Shown: positions 46,984 through 55,864 of the stretch, piece by piece
Layout: each line of letters starts with the position of its first letter
Numbering within the stretch: the stretch's first letter is position 1
Assembly: GCA_951812955.1 (NCBI GenBank)
Contig: OX638340.1
Coordinates: 448,001 to 512,000, forward strand
Source of the DNA: an uncultured Gemmatimonadota bacterium
GTDB taxonomy: Bacteria > JAAXHH01
Direction: 5' to 3'
DNA length: 64,000 nt
Program-made: the position numbers and the translations under genes
Notes under the pieces: generated by a model
Databases searched by the model: none
What the model saw: only the letters and a program-made list of their open reading frames with translations
What the model was told of the DNA's origin: nothing

Positions 46984-48990
46984 CTATTCGCCTTCTTCTG
47001 CTTCGGGTTCTTCACCCAGTTTCAACGCGACCAGTTCGGCGGGATGGCCGCTGGCGCCTACGGTCATGATGATGTACTGCACGTCGTTATGCATATAGGT
47101 CATGGGCATGCCGCTCTGGGAGGCGGGCAGTTCGATTGAGGCAACGACCTCGCCCGTCGCCTTGTCGTAGGCATGGAAATACGGATCACCGCCGTAACCT
47201 TCACCGGCGAAGAGCAGCGTGCTCGTCACCAGGGAACCGATCCGGGTGGCCTTGCCGGTCTTCGGAAGATCGACACCGGCGAGCTCGGGCAGATCCTTGA
47301 TGGCCTGCGGCGTATCTCCGTTCGGCGCCATCCATACGTGGTCGCCCGAATTCATGTCGACCGCGGTGATGCGGCCCCAGGGCGGCTTGACCAGCGGAAT
47401 CTCTCCGAATACTCTCGGCGCACGCAGACCGGCCGAGAAGTAGTCCATGTCCGATTCTTCAGGATCCGGCGCACGTAACGCCAGTTTGGAAATGCTGGTG
47501 TTGGAGGGGATGAAGTTCACGCCGGAAACCGGATCCAGGCAGGTCATGTTCCAGTTGACCCCGCCATTGGCGCCCGGGATCTGAATCGTCCCGATCGTTC
47601 CATCCGGCGCCTCGGCAAGGGATGGAGGCTGGAAAAGCGGACCATACCGGTGATTCCCCATCAGGTTGATCGCTTCCTGGCGGACCGCAGGCGTGAAGTC
47701 GACCAGATCGTCCTGACTGATGCCCTGGTGTTCCCAGGGAGCCGGCTTGACAGGGATCGGCTGCGTGGGTGACGCCCGGTCGCCGGGCACGTCGCTCGCA
47801 GGAACGTCCGTCTCGGGCATATCCCAGATCGGTTCGCCGGTCACCCGGTCGAAGACATAGGAATACCCCTGCTTGGTGTTCTGGATAACGATCTTCCGAG
47901 CCTCGCCGTCGATCATTACGTCGGCCAGGATCGGCGCGGCGGGGTTGTCGTAATCCCAGATGTCATGGTGGACGATCTGGAAGTGCCAGATCTTCTCGCC
48001 GGTGTTGTAATCGACGGCCACCAGGCTGTTAGCGAACAGGTTGTCACCCAGGCGGTGTCCACCGTAATAGTCGTTCGTCGGCGCTTCGATGGGCAGATAC
48101 GCATAGCCCAGTTCCTCGTCGACTGAAATGGAGGTCCACACGCCGGCGTTCCCGGTATAGGACTTCGAATTCTGCTCCCAGGTTTCGGATCCTTCCTCGC
48201 CCTCCTCCGGTATGACCTTGAACTTCCAGACGATCGCGCCGGTTCGGGCGTCGTAGGCCACGACGTCACCAGGTGAATTGGTCATCGACCTTGGCCGGAA
48301 TCCCGCGGCGAGCGCGGGCGGAACGAGAACGAGATCCCCCACGACCGTCGCGGGAGACGTATTCGCCAGGTTGCCCACCGGGCTGACGTTTTCCGAATTT
48401 CGCCAGCCTTCCATCATGTCGACGACGCCGTTATTGCCGAAACCGGACACGGGGATCCCCGTATCAGCGTCTAGGGCTACCAGGTAGAATCCCCGGGTGA
48501 TCAGGATGACGCGGTTGTCGCCCTGGCCGTCGGTCCAGAAGGAGACGCCGCGGCCCGAATTGCGTCGGGGAGCCGAAGCCCAGCGTTCTTCGTCCTCGAC
48601 CGGCCGGTAGGTCCACATCGTCTCGCCCGTTTCAGGCTCGATGGCCATGGCACTGCGCCGCGTGCCCGCCGTGGAATACAGCATGCCGTCGACATAGATC
48701 GGCACAGGCTGCGCATAGAACTCGGGCCGGGGGCCGAAGTTGTCTTGTTTCCACGTCCAGGCGACCTCGAGACGGCCCACATTATCCGCGTTGACCTGAT
48801 CCAGCGGAGAATACCGCGTGTAGGCCAGGTCGCGACCGAGCATGCGCCATTCGCTGTCGGACTGCTCAACGGATATAATCCTGCCCGGCTGTCTCTCGAC
48901 CGCGGGTTCGCACGCTGAAACTACCAGGAACGCCAGAACCAGGCCAATCGCCGGGGGCGTCCATCGACACATACGGAAATATCGGATCAT
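46984..48990 (-). CDS. PQQ-dependent dehydrogenase (quinoprotein alcohol/sugar dehydrogenase family), lipoprotein
   Basis: Start at MIRYFRMCRWTPPAIGLVLAFLVVSAC (GGGAGG upstream). Eight-bladed PQQ propeller family features (the LEVAWTW/W-motif repeats, the ...DADTG... region). Confidence 0.8.
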   Translation of the reverse strand: MIRYFRMCRWTPPAIGLVLAFLVVSACEPAVERQPGRIISVEQSDSEWRMLGRDLAYTRYSPLDQVNADNVGRLEVAWTWKQDNFGPRPEFYAQPVPIYVDGMLYSTAGTRRSAMAIEPETGETMWTYRPVEDEERWASAPRRNSGRGVSFWTDGQGDNRVILITRGFYLVALDADTGIPVSGFGNNGVVDMMEGWRNSENVSPVGNLANTSPATVVGDLVLVPPALAAGFRPRSMTNSPGDVVAYDARTGAIVWKFKVIPEEGEEGSETWEQNSKSYTGNAGVWTSISVDEELGYAYLPIEAPTNDYYGGHRLGDNLFANSLVAVDYNTGEKIWHFQIVHHDIWDYDNPAAPILADVMIDGEARKIVIQNTKQGYSYVFDRVTGEPIWDMPETDVPASDVPGDRASPTQPIPVKPAPWEHQGISQDDLVDFTPAVRQEAINLMGNHRYGPLFQPPSLAEAPDGTIGTIQIPGANGGVNWNMTCLDPVSGVNFIPSNTSISKLALRAPDPEESDMDYFSAGLRAPRVFGEIPLVKPPWGRITAVDMNSGDHVWMAPNGDTPQAIKDLPELAGVDLPKTGKATRIGSLVTSTLLFAGEGYGGDPYFHAYDKATGEVVASIELPASQSGMPMTYMHNDVQYIIMTVGASGHPAELVALKLGEEPEAEEGE

Positions 48991-49246
48991 TACGCACTGC
49001 CTCCCATGATACAAATTAAATGATGCCGCGAATCGCATGGAAACCTGTCCGGATACGGGGATACCGGATCACACAGCAACAGGTCTGGCCTGCATGCCTT
49101 GGATTCCACGAATGCTCTGCAATTCAAACGCGATTTAACGCAAGTATCTCACCAATGTATTTGTCCGGATTACTGATGTAAAGCCCTTTGTGTCTGGTAC
49201 CGCCCGACGGCGCCGGTCTCGAAGGTGGTTTCACCGCGCAGGCGTC

Positions 49247-49855
49247 TCATCCCGGCAAAATGTAACTTTCCAATTCGTACTTGAGTCCATCGAGCGTCGC
49301 GTAATGATAACCGTGGATTCCGATTCCGGTTGCGGCGTCGACGTTTTCGATTTTGTCGTCGATGAACAGCGCCTCGCCCGGTTTGACACTTAAAAGATCT
49401 AACGCCGCATTGAATATCCCGGGATGAGGTTTGGCATGGCCGATCGAAGAGGAGTTGACTATGTGGTCGAATGTCCGGCTGATTCCCAGCCGCTTGAGAT
49501 CGGTTTCAAGCCGGGTCGTGGCATTCGTGACGAGCACCAGGCTCGCGCATTCGCGGCATTCCTGCAGAAGTTCCAGCACGTCGGTATCGATCTCGCCCGG
49601 CGAAAGAGACCACAATCGCACCGCTTCCGCCGCGTCTGCATCCGGAAAACGAAGCTGAAGACGTTCGGCAACCTCCGTCCTCCAGCTGGAATCCGAAATC
49701 CGGCCGGTGATGGCGCGTACCAGCAAGTCGGGTTCGAATGCAGTATTGGGAAGCGCGTCACGGGGAAGACCCGCGGCAGCTTCGGCCTGTTGAATGATCT
49801 CGGGGTCCCACTTGCGAACAACGCCGTCCAGATCTGTCAGAACCGCCTTGATCAT
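49247..49855 (-). CDS. HAD family hydrolase
   Basis: 202 aa with motif I DLDGV, a motif II Thr and the motif IV FIDD region. Confidence 0.85.
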   Translation of the reverse strand: MIKAVLTDLDGVVRKWDPEIIQQAEAAAGLPRDALPNTAFEPDLLVRAITGRISDSSWRTEVAERLQLRFPDADAAEAVRLWSLSPGEIDTDVLELLQECRECASLVLVTNATTRLETDLKRLGISRTFDHIVNSSSIGHAKPHPGIFNAALDLLSVKPGEALFIDDKIENVDAATGIGIHGYHYATLDGLKYELESYILPG

Positions 49856-49858
49856 GGA

Positions 49859-51640
49859 TCAATATCTTCTCGGCCAGGGCATCTTGGGCGGACCGAAATC
49901 CGGCTCGCCCAGCAAGGGGGTCGACAGGCAGTAGAATCCGTGGTTGGCGAACAGCCAGACCAGGTTGCGGTCGTATTCCACATAGATGCCATGGGTCAGA
50001 TTGCCCAGTGCGTAGTCCGGGGTCCGGGATGGATCGAATTTCGGCACGAAGAAAGCGGTGATTTTCGGGTCGGAAAGGTCGGAGACATCGAAAACCTGAA
50101 CGCCGGCGTTGTAAAAGGCATAGAGAAGGATGTCTTCCTTGGGTGTACCGGGCTGGGTATAATAGCCGCTTCGTTTCGGACCGAAACTCCCGCGCCGCTG
50201 CACGAAATCCGTGAAGGGGGCGTCCGCGGGCGGTACCGGTCGGGGCAACGTGCCAAGCAGCCTGGGATTGGCGGGATCATTCACGTCGATCATGAAGATG
50301 TCTTTATACGGCTCCCAACCGTCCTCGTTCAGGGGATATCCGGAAAAATAGACCACACCGGTCTTTTCCATCTGCGTTACGTTGATGTAATCTCCCTCCG
50401 TGCCTGCTACGCTCGGGGGAAAGTTCAGGTGCCCCAGCGCCTTGATATCTGCCGGGTCCGATAGGTCCAGCGCGTAGAACCCGAGGCCGCCCATGGCGGC
50501 GTATCCGTACCTGCCGCCTTCTTCAACCGGTTTGGGCATGAAAATCGACATGCGGGCGCCGAACCAGGATGTCCGGTTGCCGGCGCGGGGATTGGCCCGG
50601 TAGGCGGCTTCATCTTCTGGATTCCCAAGTCTCTGGCCAGGTACGTTGAACTGGCTGATAAACACCGGATTGGCCGGGTCGGACATGTCCCAGGCCTGGT
50701 AGCCGGCCGAGTACAGGTCGCTCGGGTATTCGGTAAGCGCGTATTCCGCACTGGGCGCCGCGGCAACGAACATGTACTCGCCGCCGTGATAGGCGGGAAT
50801 ATCCCGAACGCCGGATCCCTGTTGCTGCCCGACAGGCGCATCGGGGTTTTCGTAGTCGGTGGTTCGCTCCGCCAGCAGCGTCCAGTCCGCCGGCAGGGGG
50901 CCGTTCATTTCATATACCTTGAATCCCTTGAGGTGATTGGCGTTTCGAATGGCTTCCACCTTGTCGGGTTCCGTGCGCTTGTCGTTGAGGACGCCGAAGC
51001 GGCGGATCTCGAAGGCCTGGACCATGACGTACTTGTCCAGGTCCTCGTTCCACTGGATGGACGCGGCGCCGAACATGTCGCCTTCGTCATAGGGGTTGAC
51101 CTCTTCGCCCGGTCCTTCCCCGGTCCAGGTGCTTCCCTTCTCGTGTACGACCTTCAAATCCTTCGGATCGGTGATATCATAGATTTTCAGGGCGCGGCGG
51201 ACGTACTGGTACATGTATCGTCGGCCGTCGAAATCGACGATGTTCTGCCAGGTATGGAACGGTTCGACCGTGATCGGGTAGTAGGCCTCGACGGTCATGT
51301 CCTTCGCGTACTCGTTCGTATCCCAGTAGTCTAGCTGGCCTTCAAATGGTTTGGATTCATGCTGATGGGGCGTGGCCGCCGGGTAGATGAATCGGCCGGT
51401 TTCCGGATCCATGCCGTAACCGGCGGGATCGGGTTCGGGTGGCGTACGGTCCTCCGCCAGCGCGTCGGCCCGGATGACGTATTCGTCGGTAACGGGCGGC
51501 GGTGCAGGCGTCTCACTGTCTGGGGAAGTACCGCAGGCCAGGGCCGCACTCAGGCAAATAACAATTCCAATGAGTGTAGTCTTGTCGCGTAAATGGCGAT
51601 GGTTCGATACATCAGCGTGGCGTTTTGGATTCATTAGCAT
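49859..51640 (-). CDS. LVIVD-repeat beta-propeller lipoprotein (function unknown)
   Basis: 593 aa. Signal peptide with lipobox (LSAALAC). Repeated LVIVD-like blocks (KIYDITDPKDL; GFYALDLSDPADI; FMIDVNDPANP; VQVFDVSDLSDPKI). Confidence 0.6.
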   Translation of the reverse strand: MLMNPKRHADVSNHRHLRDKTTLIGIVICLSAALACGTSPDSETPAPPPVTDEYVIRADALAEDRTPPEPDPAGYGMDPETGRFIYPAATPHQHESKPFEGQLDYWDTNEYAKDMTVEAYYPITVEPFHTWQNIVDFDGRRYMYQYVRRALKIYDITDPKDLKVVHEKGSTWTGEGPGEEVNPYDEGDMFGAASIQWNEDLDKYVMVQAFEIRRFGVLNDKRTEPDKVEAIRNANHLKGFKVYEMNGPLPADWTLLAERTTDYENPDAPVGQQQGSGVRDIPAYHGGEYMFVAAAPSAEYALTEYPSDLYSAGYQAWDMSDPANPVFISQFNVPGQRLGNPEDEAAYRANPRAGNRTSWFGARMSIFMPKPVEEGGRYGYAAMGGLGFYALDLSDPADIKALGHLNFPPSVAGTEGDYINVTQMEKTGVVYFSGYPLNEDGWEPYKDIFMIDVNDPANPRLLGTLPRPVPPADAPFTDFVQRRGSFGPKRSGYYTQPGTPKEDILLYAFYNAGVQVFDVSDLSDPKITAFFVPKFDPSRTPDYALGNLTHGIYVEYDRNLVWLFANHGFYCLSTPLLGEPDFGPPKMPWPRRY

Positions 51641-51662
51641 GGCTATCCTTCGATCACCCGGC

Positions 51663-52781
51663 TTAAGGTTTGGCTAACATGGGGGTAACAAGCTTTCCGA
51701 TGCCTTCGATCTCCATTTCTACCACGTCCCCCGGCTTGAGATACTCGGGCGGATTGCGGGCCCTTCCCACGCCGTCCGGCGTGCCCGTGGCAATCACGTC
51801 GCCCGGATAGAGGGTTTGCACAGAGGTCAGGTACCGGATCATGTGCGCCTCGTCGTAGATCATGTAGCTGGTATTGCTGTCCTGCTTGATCACGCCATTG
51901 ATCCAGGTCCTGATCTCGAGGTCATCATGCTGGATGAACTCTTTGGGCACGATGTACGGACCGAAAGGCGCGGCGCGGTCGCTGCTCTTGCTATTGAACC
52001 AGTTCGGCCCGGGGAACATCCGGTTTATCGGTTTCAGTCCGGAACCGCCCCGGCGGCTGACGTCGAACACGATGCTGTAGCCGAAGACGTAATCGTGGGC
52101 GTTCTCCAGGGTAAGGTCTAGGGCCGGCCTGCCGATGATAATGGCCAGTTCGGCTTCCCAGTCGATGTTGACGTCACTGGGGACGTAGTACGGTTCGCCC
52201 GGATCGATAATGGTTGAGCGGGGCGACTTGGCGAAGAAGTATGGTTCTTCCGCGTCCACGTCCACTTCCACGGCGGCGAATCCCGCGCCACCGATGGCCG
52301 AATCCTCCATCTCGTCCGCATGGGCCCGGTAGTTGGCCGCCGCCGCAAGCAGGTTGTAGGGGTACTTGATCGGGGCCTTGATGGACACGTCGTCCGGGTC
52401 GAAGACGAAGGGCAGGTTCCCGCCCGCCAACCGGTTCTCCGTTCCCATGTAGTTTGCGATCATGTACATACGGTTGGATACGCCGTCGTACTGCTCGATC
52501 AACGCCCGCATTTCCTTTGGAATGGAGACGATGGAAAGCCCGAGCTGCCGGGTGACATAGGCATTCGCCTCGTGCAGGTCCATCAGCTTTTCCTGGTCCG
52601 CCTGGTCCGCCTGGACGAGCATGCCGATACGGATGGCCCCCGTGGCCTCGAAGGTGGCGAGCTTGAAGGGCGTGTCTGGCTGGTCGGATACCTGGGACCG
52701 GGCTGTGCCAGGGAAAGACAGCAGGAGCATGCTGACTAAGTATACGGTAACGACCGCCAGTAGCCTCATCTGCTTCGACAT
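51663..52781 (-). CDS. Fumarylacetoacetate hydrolase (FAH) family protein with signal peptide
   Basis: 372 aa. The FAH-fold C-terminal region (the PGDVIATGTP metal-binding motif, GIGKLV). Confidence 0.85.
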   Translation of the reverse strand: MSKQMRLLAVVTVYLVSMLLLSFPGTARSQVSDQPDTPFKLATFEATGAIRIGMLVQADQADQEKLMDLHEANAYVTRQLGLSIVSIPKEMRALIEQYDGVSNRMYMIANYMGTENRLAGGNLPFVFDPDDVSIKAPIKYPYNLLAAAANYRAHADEMEDSAIGGAGFAAVEVDVDAEEPYFFAKSPRSTIIDPGEPYYVPSDVNIDWEAELAIIIGRPALDLTLENAHDYVFGYSIVFDVSRRGGSGLKPINRMFPGPNWFNSKSSDRAAPFGPYIVPKEFIQHDDLEIRTWINGVIKQDSNTSYMIYDEAHMIRYLTSVQTLYPGDVIATGTPDGVGRARNPPEYLKPGDVVEMEIEGIGKLVTPMLAKP

Positions 52782-52976
52782 ATGTAGCTTCTCCTGGATA
52801 ATGGGTCCAACCGGCGCGCATGTATTCAGCCGCAGGGCGGATCAGTACACCGGTTGGCCGTGTTGCGTTTTTGGCGGTATGCCGGACTTCCAGGCCAGGA
52901 TTTTGCGGAGAACAACCGGGCTCAGAAGCAGTGAGGAAGGATGAAAAACAAGTCGTAAGAATCTGGAAATATCGGA

Positions 52977-53050
52977 TCGGGGCGGGGAGATTTGAACTCC
53001 CGACCTCCTGCTCCCGAAGCAGGCGCGCTGACCGGGCTGCGCTACGCCCC
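52977..53050 (-). tRNA. tRNA-Pro (anticodon CGG)
   Basis: The minus strand reads GGGGCGTAGCGCAGCCCGGTCAGCGCGCCTGCTTCGGGAGCAGGAGGTCGGGAGTTCAAATCTCCCCGCCCCGA. It has a cloverleaf with T-loop GGTTCAAATCC-like and anticodon loop UUCGGGA. Confidence 0.85.
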
Positions 53051-53099
53051 GATATGTGTACAAACAGGAGCAAGGACCCGGCGGGCTGCCTTGCCGAAA

Positions 53100-53173
53100 T
53101 CGGGGCGACTGGATTTGAACCAGCGACCACCAGCCCCCCATGCTGGTGCGCTACCTGACTGCGCTACGCCCCG
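53100..53173 (-). tRNA. tRNA-Pro (anticodon GGG)
   Basis: The minus strand reads CGGGGCGTAGCGCAGTCAGGTAGCGCACCAGCATGGGGGGCTGGTGGTCGCTGGTTCAAATCCAGTCGCCCCGA, with anticodon loop AUGGGGG. Confidence 0.85.
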
Positions 53174-53252
53174 AAACTTCGGCGTGTAATTTACGGAGGC
53201 AGGGGGTTTCAGGCAAGGGAATTTTTCGGTGTCAGATCGTGGTCCGGCGTGG

Positions 53253-54209
53253 TCACATACGGCCGCGTGCCTGTTCGACAAACCATAGGTGGTCGGCGCG
53301 GATCAGGGATTCGTCCCGTTCGGCAGTGGCGAGAAAACCGAGTTTGTTCACGACGCGCAGAGCGGTGTACAGGTCCCACCACGGCAGGCAGCCGAAGTCC
53401 ACCCGATTCACGGATTCGTAGTACCGGGTGAAGGCGTCCATTATGTCTGGTCCGTAGAGCATCAGGATCTCGAACCGGGCATTCGACACGTCGTAGAGGG
53501 GATCCCCCAGGCGCGTGTCTTCCCAGTCGATGACCGCAGTGAGCCGGCCATCCCGCCAGAGCGTATTCCCCGGCCAGTAGTCTCCGTGCAGGACGACCGG
53601 AGTGTTATTCAAGGACAACGGCCAGCGTGGATTAAGCAGATCCAGCAAAGTACGTTCATCGGCCGAGACCAGGGCAGGATCACTTTTTCTACAAAACGCT
53701 TCGGTACAGTCATCCTCCAGCTTCAGCAGGAAATCGAGATCCCGTCCGGCCAGATCCATCTGGTGGACCTTGGCCAGTTCGCCCGCCATCTGCATCACGT
53801 AGTCCGTGGGATCATCGGGTTTCAGGTCGGTAACGCCTTCCATGTATTCCACGACGAGGGACGGCGTAGAGAACAATGGGTCGTTCGAGTCCAGGTAAAC
53901 CGGATTGGGCGTGGCCAGGCCTGCCGCGTGCGTTAACTGAAGGACCCGGAACTCGTCCGCGGCCACGTTCGGGTTCTGCTGAAGGTCGACCTCGCCGTGC
54001 AGACGGTGAATGAGTTTCCTCATCGTACCATCCGATAACTCGATTTCCAGGACGGTCACGTCGGCCGAATAACCACCGGGCAGGCTGAGATGGCGCTTCA
54101 GCCTGGCGTGCGGATTGAATCTGTGGACCAGTTTCTCGAACCGACTGGATTCGTCTACAGTTGCCATGTGTCTCAAGTACAGTTGGTTTCCCGACCAAGC
54201 CCGGACCAT
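53253..54209 (-). CDS. Phosphotransferase enzyme family protein (APH/CHK kinase-like)
   Basis: Kinase-like motifs VVLHGDYWPGNTLW (catalytic HGD) and AVIDWEDTRLGDP (DWE/DFG-like). The start may be the internal MATVDESSRF (54167). Confidence 0.8.
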   Translation of the reverse strand: MVRAWSGNQLYLRHMATVDESSRFEKLVHRFNPHARLKRHLSLPGGYSADVTVLEIELSDGTMRKLIHRLHGEVDLQQNPNVAADEFRVLQLTHAAGLATPNPVYLDSNDPLFSTPSLVVEYMEGVTDLKPDDPTDYVMQMAGELAKVHQMDLAGRDLDFLLKLEDDCTEAFCRKSDPALVSADERTLLDLLNPRWPLSLNNTPVVLHGDYWPGNTLWRDGRLTAVIDWEDTRLGDPLYDVSNARFEILMLYGPDIMDAFTRYYESVNRVDFGCLPWWDLYTALRVVNKLGFLATAERDESLIRADHLWFVEQARGRM

Positions 54210-54214
54210 ACCGG

Positions 54215-54300
54215 ACTAAACCGACCGATCCGGCCCAAACCGACCGATCCGGCCCAAACCGACCTATTCTGACCCAACCAGACCGATCTGGACCGGACAT
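54215..54300. repeat. Intergenic degenerate tandem repeat of a ~19-20 nt unit
   Basis: aaaccgaccgatccggccc appears twice exactly, flanked by degenerate copies (ccggactaaaccgacc...; aaaccgacctattctgaccc; aaccagaccgatctggaccgg). Confidence 0.65.
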
Positions 54301-54320
54301 TCCAGTTCGCCGAAGGATGC

Positions 54321-55769
54321 CTATTCACCCGGGTAGTCGATCGCCCACCTACCCTCGAGATTTCCGCTGCCGCTCGTTCTGCTCCAGAGGGAAACCACGT
54401 CGGCCGGTGCGTTGTTTTCCGCAAGATGAGCAAGAAACAGTGCGTGCAGGTCATCCAGTGTGTCCACGTTGTCGTCGGCGATATTGTTTTGGGTCAGGCG
54501 GTCATTCGAAAGGTCGTAGAGCTCAGGCCTGCCGTCGGCTCCGACCGGTGCGTAACCCCAACGATCCGTAACGAGGAATGGCGTCGTGGCCCGTCGGGGC
54601 AGGCCGTCACCCGGCATCGCGATGTGGCATCCGCTGACTGCGTAGTCGCGATGGGTCGGCCGGCCATCCAGCACGGCGGGGGCGAAGGAGGCTCCATCGA
54701 AAGGCTTCGGTGGTTCGACCGTGACGGCGGCCAGGTCGCAGAGACTCGGGAACAGGTCGATTGTCTGTGCGATCAGGGGCAGCCGCGTACCTCGGGGTAC
54801 CGCGCCTCCGGCCAGCATCAGCATGACGTGGCCGATCTCCGGGTAGATGGGCCAGTACCTGCCGTCGTCCTCCTGAATGTTTGATTTCCCGGTCCGATCG
54901 TGTTCTCCGATGGACATGCCGTGGTCCGACATGACGGCCACGATGGTGTCATCCCACAGTTCGAGGTCGTCGATCTTCCGCAGGACCTGGCCGATGTGAC
55001 GGTCCACGAGTTCCGCTTCTGCCGCATAATGGGCCCACAGGTTGTGAAGTTCCTCCGGCGTATAGGCGGACGATGGGCCGTAGTTCGGATGCAGCATGGG
55101 CGGACCCGAATAGTCGGGATCGTAGCGTCGCACCAGGTATTCCGGCGGATCCCAGGGTTCGTGGGGATCGAAGAAATCCACCCACAGGAAAAACGGGTTG
55201 GATTCGGCGTTCTCCTCGAGCCAGCGGATTGCGGTCTGCGCCGTCCCGGCCGAGAAGACTTCGGATTCATATCGGTAGTACCGGTTGAGCCAGCGGTGCT
55301 GGTTGACGAGCGTATGCCCGCGAAACCTGGGGTTTATACGGGTTTTTTCGTCCCGGACGACGACATCGACGGGGTCGTTGAGGTGGAGCAGCGGTTTGTC
55401 GCCTTCCTGTCCACGATGCTGGTACGCCGCGTCGAAACCATCGGGGAAACGGGCCTTGAACAGGTGGGGACAGTCACAGATCAACTGCGTGGCGTATCCC
55501 TGTTCGCCAAGCATCCTGCCAGCGTGGTTGGGACCGCTCCGGTCGATGGCCTGCCATCCGTAGTGGGGCCATCCCGTAACGCCCGTCGCAAAATCGGTCC
55601 GGTGCGGGATTGTGGGGAAGCTGCCCATGTGGCACCGCGTGATCTCCGTGGCCCGTTCCGCTCCGAAGCGATCCAGCTCGGGCGTGCGAACGGGACGCTC
55701 CGCACGGCTTCCCAGGTTGTCGTGGCGAAAGGTATCCGTAATGAGTACGACGATGTTCTTCGGCATCAT
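54321..55769 (-). CDS. Sulfatase-like hydrolase/transferase (alkaline phosphatase superfamily) with Thr in place of the catalytic Cys/Ser
   Basis: The N-terminus NIVVLITDTFRHDNLG is followed by T-I-P-H-R-T-D-F-A-T-G, which aligns to the sulfatase C/S-x-P-x-R-x4-T-G signature with Thr at the nucleophile position. A downstream VAVMSDHGMSIGEH block is also present. Confidence 0.75.
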   Translation of the reverse strand: MMPKNIVVLITDTFRHDNLGSRAERPVRTPELDRFGAERATEITRCHMGSFPTIPHRTDFATGVTGWPHYGWQAIDRSGPNHAGRMLGEQGYATQLICDCPHLFKARFPDGFDAAYQHRGQEGDKPLLHLNDPVDVVVRDEKTRINPRFRGHTLVNQHRWLNRYYRYESEVFSAGTAQTAIRWLEENAESNPFFLWVDFFDPHEPWDPPEYLVRRYDPDYSGPPMLHPNYGPSSAYTPEELHNLWAHYAAEAELVDRHIGQVLRKIDDLELWDDTIVAVMSDHGMSIGEHDRTGKSNIQEDDGRYWPIYPEIGHVMLMLAGGAVPRGTRLPLIAQTIDLFPSLCDLAAVTVEPPKPFDGASFAPAVLDGRPTHRDYAVSGCHIAMPGDGLPRRATTPFLVTDRWGYAPVGADGRPELYDLSNDRLTQNNIADDNVDTLDDLHALFLAHLAENNAPADVVSLWSRTSGSGNLEGRWAIDYPGE

Positions 55770-55864
55770 AGCCCTTTCGAGTCCTGAAGTTGTGGGACAT
55801 TATGGACGCGCAAATCTGTATACATTGAATCAGGCCACCGGGAAACCGCGGTGTTTCCCCGTGC

